This document shows positions 60,341 through 64,000 of a DNA stretch of 64,000 nucleotides, one piece after another (the first letter of the stretch is position 1; the number at the start of each line of letters is the position of its first letter). The translations under genes were made by a program, and so were the position numbers. Source of the DNA: Spirochaetia bacterium (GTDB taxonomy: Bacteria; Spirochaetota; Spirochaetia; SZUA-6; Bin103); the NCBI GenBank assembly GCA_965208575.1, contig CBDBOV010000001.1:96001-160000 (forward strand), read 5' to 3'. The notes beneath the pieces are model-generated. The model saw only the letters and a program-made list of their open reading frames with translations. It was not told the origin of the DNA and did no database searches.

Positions 60341-60856
60341 ATGCCTGATGATGACTGGTGGACACCAAGCGGAGAACGTTTTGCCGTGACATATAGGATG
60401 ACTAGTATAATTTCCAACATAATCGGCGACCGAATCACGGTGCGGTTCTACGGTTGGGCACTTGCTTATGCCTCCAAAGGACTCGTCTGGATCGACGGCG
60501 TACATCCAGGCGCCTGTACCGCATCTGGTACGAACATGGAGGAGGCAATGGAAGACCTGCGCAACACACTTGGTAAGATTCTCTTCGACATCGCCGCGTC
60601 ATCCGATAAGGGATTCGAGGATTTCGCACGAACCATCAATGCATTCGTTTCTGCCACTGACGAGCCAACGCTGAAGGATTGGAATGCTGTCAAAGGCGAT
60701 GCCGAAGAAAAGCCCTTCGGTGTTTCCATAACTCTCGAACAAGCGGTGTTGCCACAAGCGTCAACTCAGCCTCAACGACACCCATTTATAGAAGACAATC
60801 CGAATGTGGTGTCTCCTGATCCGGTGGAATACAATCAACTAGCTAGAGCGATATAG
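60341..60856 (+). CDS. HicB-like protein (low GC)
   Basis: RBS ggagg; WIDGVHPGACTASGTNMEEAMEDLR resembles the HicB N-terminal fold. Confidence 0.55.
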   Translation: MPDDDWWTPSGERFAVTYRMTSIISNIIGDRITVRFYGWALAYASKGLVWIDGVHPGACTASGTNMEEAMEDLRNTLGKILFDIAASSDKGFEDFARTINAFVSATDEPTLKDWNAVKGDAEEKPFGVSITLEQAVLPQASTQPQRHPFIEDNPNVVSPDPVEYNQLARAI

Positions 60857-60860
60857 CGCA

Positions 60861-61100
60861 ATGCCCCAAATCCGACAGGATAAGGTACTTCTCGCACTCG
60901 AAAAATGCGCTCCAGGATTTGAAATTTCCGAAACTGTGCATCACAACTGGATTCGGTTCAACTCTAACGAATTCCCTTTGCCGAAAGGCGAACACGGGAG
61001 GAGTAATCCAGAAATACACCTTTTCCAAGTGCGAAAAATGTCAAGAACGCTTGGGATTGAAGACTGTATGAAAGAGCTCATCCCAAGCTACCGAAATTAG
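60861..61100 (+). CDS. HicA-like small protein (low GC)
   Basis: 79 aa, HH..I.F..PLPKGEH..EI..QVRKM..LGI; coupled to the upstream gene. Confidence 0.5.
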   Translation: MPQIRQDKVLLALEKCAPGFEISETVHHNWIRFNSNEFPLPKGEHGRSNPEIHLFQVRKMSRTLGIEDCMKELIPSYRN

Positions 61101-61569
61101 GTTCCGTAAACTGTGAGTTCGGACTAGTCACAATCGATTGGTCCGGGCTTCTTGTTCACTGTTTCCAATTCGAAATCTGCTTTCCTATCGTTTTGATCAA
61201 ACGCATCGAGAGTCCCGTCGATCTATGCCTCAGTTTTATCTTGGTGCTGTTGCGTTGCGCGCCCCCAGCCGAGGTTAGTTGCAGGATAGATGGCGCGGAG
61301 TGTGGGAGCCTGGTCGTTCCGTTCCGAGTGCGTCCGTGGTGCGGAACGGCGGAACGGTGTGGGTGAGAGGGAGCAGGCAACGGACGGTGCGGGTCAGGCA
61401 GGCAGGTGCCAACCGGCGGGGCTGCAGACGGCGAGGCCTTGCTGTTGGAAGTCTGGAGGGCGGCACCGAGACGGGCGTTGTTGACGCGCAGGCGTTTGGC
61501 GGAGGACGGTCCTGTAGAGCGGCTCGCTGGCGCTGCGGTGTGCGGCGCGCACCGCCGAGCGGGGGCGGC

Positions 61570-61888
61570 GACCGCTAAGCTGGAGAGAGCGGGGTGGAAG
61601 CTGGGAACTGCCAAGGAGTTCCTGGGTCTCACTGGGGAAGAGGCGGCTCTGATAGAAATCAAACTCGCGCTCGCCAGGGGCATCAAAGAGCGACGGCTCT
61701 CCTTGCGGCTCACACAGGAAGGCCTCGCGAAGCAATTGAGATCGAGCCAGTCTCGGATCGCGAAGATGGAGGCTTCCGACGCTACGGTGTCCATGGATCT
61801 CCTGGTGCGCTCGCTTCTCGTGCTCGGCGCGACGACTGAGGAAGTCGGACGGGTAATCGCAAGGAGTTCGGAGGCGCCGGCCGCTTGA
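61570..61888 (+). pseudogene. Second copy of the XRE antitoxin, native start lost
   Basis: Near-identical to 53115-53433; the duplication continues to ~62020 and includes integrase fragment 10 (61980-62032). Confidence 0.85.
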
Positions 61889-62057
61889 GGACGCGCCGTA
61901 GCGCTCGCTGCGCATGCGCGCCGGCTACCCCGCGGCGGCGACGATCCGGTCGCTGAACAAGCCGTGGTCGCCGATGATGCTTGGTAAGCAGGATGAAGCG
62001 CGCCTCCACCTCGCGGCGCCCGATGGCATTCACCGTTGGCCCGCTCGAACCGCACGG

Positions 62058-62167
62058 TGGGCGAGTGGAGCGAGGCCTTCGGCGACATCCATGGTCGCCA
62101 CGGCGATCCTTGACCGTCTGCTGCCCTCGACAAAACGGCCAGCCAACAGCATCGAATCGGGTTGACA
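62058..62167 (+). mobile_element. IS21 istB fragment and right end
   Basis: EWSEAFGD and MVATAILDRLL (IstB C-terminal motif, frameshifted), ending gaatcgggTTGACA. Confidence 0.65.
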
Positions 62168-62203
62168 AGCGATTTGTGGCGTGCCTACGGTCGGCAGAAC
62201 GGC

Positions 62204-62669
62204 ATGGCGCCCCAGTTGTATCAGCCGCACGACAACCTGTTCCGCAAGGTGTTTGCCGATGCGACCGAGGCGGCCGGCTTGCTCCGTCCGAACCTGCCGA
62301 CGTGGCTGAGCGCCACGCTGGATTGGTCGACGCTTACCCTGCAGGATCGCAGTTACGTGGACGAAGCGCTGGAGGCCAGCCAGTCCGACCTGCTGTTCGA
62401 GGTGCGGCGACGCGTTGCGACGGCACGTACCAGGACCGGGAGGAGACATGAAGACGTACGCAGAGGAGTTGCTCCACGAAGGCCGCCAGGAAGGCCGGCT
62501 TGGTACGATCGAGAATTTCTTGCGTGCCGGAGTCGAGTGGTCGGTCATCACGGAAGCGACCGGTATCGACCAGGAAGCCTTCCGGGCACTCCGTCGGGGT
62601 TCGAAGAGTCGGACTCGGCCGACCGGCAGCGCGACGCCTCCGCCTCCAGCGACAACTGACGGAAGCTGA
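62204..62669 (+). pseudogene. Rpn/YhgA-like (Transposase_31) nuclease with internal deletion
   Basis: PHDNLFRKVF..LDWSTL..SYVDEAL..SDLLFEV, then a jump to the C-terminus MKTYAEELLHEGRQEG. Confidence 0.88.
62448..62669 (+). CDS. Putative small Rpn C-terminal (RpnS-like) protein
   Basis: RBS GGAGGAG at 62439-62445 immediately before ATG 62448. Confidence 0.55.
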   Translation: MKTYAEELLHEGRQEGRLGTIENFLRAGVEWSVITEATGIDQEAFRALRRGSKSRTRPTGSATPPPPATTDGS

Positions 62670-62844
62670 CCCGCCACGAGGCGGTCATCGGCCGCCTCCG
62701 CGACAGCCTATCGAGAATCGGGCCAGGCTTCGGCGCCGCTCGTGCTTCGCTACGCGGATGCAGCGCTGGTTGCGGGACTTGTCGAATATTGTTCGGTACG
62801 GGCGGTCGAAGCAGCGCCGCGCCGAAGTCTGCCGCTCGCTGGAG

Positions 62845-63704
62845 GAGCAGAAGGATGACCAAACCCACGACCATCCGCCTTCCTGAGGATGTCTTGAGCG
62901 AACTCGACCGGCGCGCCGAGGCCCGCGGCAAGGATCGAGCGACCCTGTGCCGGAGTTGCTTCGGGCTGCACTGGACCGGGACACGGTAGATGAGGTCGTG
63001 ACCGCCTACGAGTCCGGTCGCCTCTCGCTGTCGCAGGCCGCCGCGCGACTCGGCACCGACGCATGGTCGCTGTTCGACATCCTCGCACGGAGGGGCGAGA
63101 CGGTGAGCGTATCGTTGGAAGATTGGAGGGACTCGACCACGTCGCTGTCGCGTTAGCCGCAGTTCGAGCGCCGCCAAGGGGCACGTTGCCTGCGATTCAC
63201 GCTCCCTCGCGCCAGCGGGCCGGTTGCAGTATGCTCGTCCCCAATGCCGGACGGAGTTACCGTGTTGGTCGGCGCGGTGGGAGCGGTGGCCGCGCTGCTG
63301 GCCGTACTGGTGCCGGTGATTCGTGGGCAAGGGACGAGTCTGCGCCGCGAGATCGAGGGGCAAGGGACGAGCCTGAGCCGCGAGATCGACACGCTCCGAG
63401 CCGACGTGGCCGAAGTGCGTCGCGACCTTCACGTACTGAGCGACCGCGTGGCGCGCATCGAGGGCGCGTTGACCGGTCCCTGGCGACCGCCGACGAACGG
63501 TGGCACGTCGAATCCCGTGGAGCCCCCGGCGGCCGCCAGCGAAGTCCCATAATATGTCCGGTCGCCCGGCCCCCGCTATCGGCGGAAGCCGAGTCAGTTC
63601 CCAGTCAAGCGAACCAGGTTGAGCCGAGCGTCACTGCCGGGTGATCGGCAGTTCGAGCGGGGTACCGGTCTTGGTGTGCGGCACGTGCACGACGCCGCGC
63701 GCCA
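62845..63704. repeat. ~860-bp direct duplicate of 57486-58377
   Basis: Contains a frameshifted UPF0175 antitoxin (62855-63156), a coiled-coil gene and integrase fragment 11 (63635-63704). Confidence 0.93.
63244..63552 (+). CDS. Small N-anchored coiled-coil protein (two 11-aa repeats)
   Basis: Same as 57883-58224 minus one 33-bp unit. Confidence 0.85.
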   Translation: MPDGVTVLVGAVGAVAALLAVLVPVIRGQGTSLRREIEGQGTSLSREIDTLRADVAEVRRDLHVLSDRVARIEGALTGPWRPPTNGGTSNPVEPPAAASEVP

Positions 63705-64000
63705 TGTCAATTGCCGGCATGCATCGGTCCGGGCGGGACTGGGAGGGCGACCGAGCCGCCATGAGGGGCGCGAGTGACGCCGGTGGAGCACGATTCGGCT
63801 CCCGGATGAGCGCCCGAGCAGGTCACGGGGACGGCCTTGCCACGCTTGCCCGGGCGGTCTGGGCACGGAGCGCCGGCGTACGCTGACAGGCCAGCGCGAG
63901 GCTGGGCGGCTTGCGCCCGTGCGCTGGCCCGCGAGGCATCTCGCGGCGCCTATGCCGTCCAGGGATCGAAAACTTTGACGTCGATGCCCTCGAAGTCCCG

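Noticed and set aside
26100-64000. Classical integron
   Set aside because: The integrase remnants show no evident IntI-specific insertion, I found no attC (RYYYAAC..GTTRRRY) hairpins after genes, and cargo lies on both strands.
26100-64000. Prophage or ICE
   Set aside because: No terminase, capsid, tail, relaxase or T4SS genes recognisable in the window.
63705-64000. IS left end at TGTCAATTGCCG (similar hints at 48123 and 53733)
   Set aside because: No partner end or transposase visible, so it cannot be supported.
1-64000. tRNA/rRNA genes or a tRNA-derived att site
   Set aside because: No cloverleaf or T-loop/CCA signature recognised by eye; tRNAscan-SE or ARAGORN would be decisive.

Overview
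GC-rich bacterial window, probably from a spirochaete (SSB beginning V/M-NNLNS; acidic Msp-like outer-membrane protein). The ankyrin, Calx-beta, VHL-beta, leishmanolysin-like and arylsulfotransferase genes suggest a marine host-associated lineage such as a sponge symbiont; this is inference. The window has two parts. (1) 1-25.3 kb is mostly intact chromosomal genes: nth, Na/Pi cotransporter, apgM, a repeat-containing HNH endonuclease, lipoate-ligase-like, vanZ-like, ilvE, major OMP, ssb, two ASST sulfotransferase lipoproteins, a C1 peptidase, and a PIG-B/GT22-like mannosyltransferase next to a second polytopic membrane protein. (2) 25.4-64 kb is an extreme mosaic. It holds about 11 co-oriented remnants of one tyrosine integrase, 7 copies of a small membrane-anchored coiled-coil gene family, orphan IS21-type right ends, an intact ISKra4-type IS with a 9-bp target duplication and a group II intron 5' remnant. 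In five toxin-antitoxin-type loci the toxin is broken while the antitoxin survives. Intact, lower-GC cargo genes, many of them secreted or eukaryote-like, sit between these remnants. A conserved ~70-bp element with an invariant CTACC-N5-GGTAG palindrome occurs four times, each time ahead of a different cargo gene, and flanks a MalT/LAL-family regulator on both sides. All calls come from reading motifs by eye; no database searches were run.
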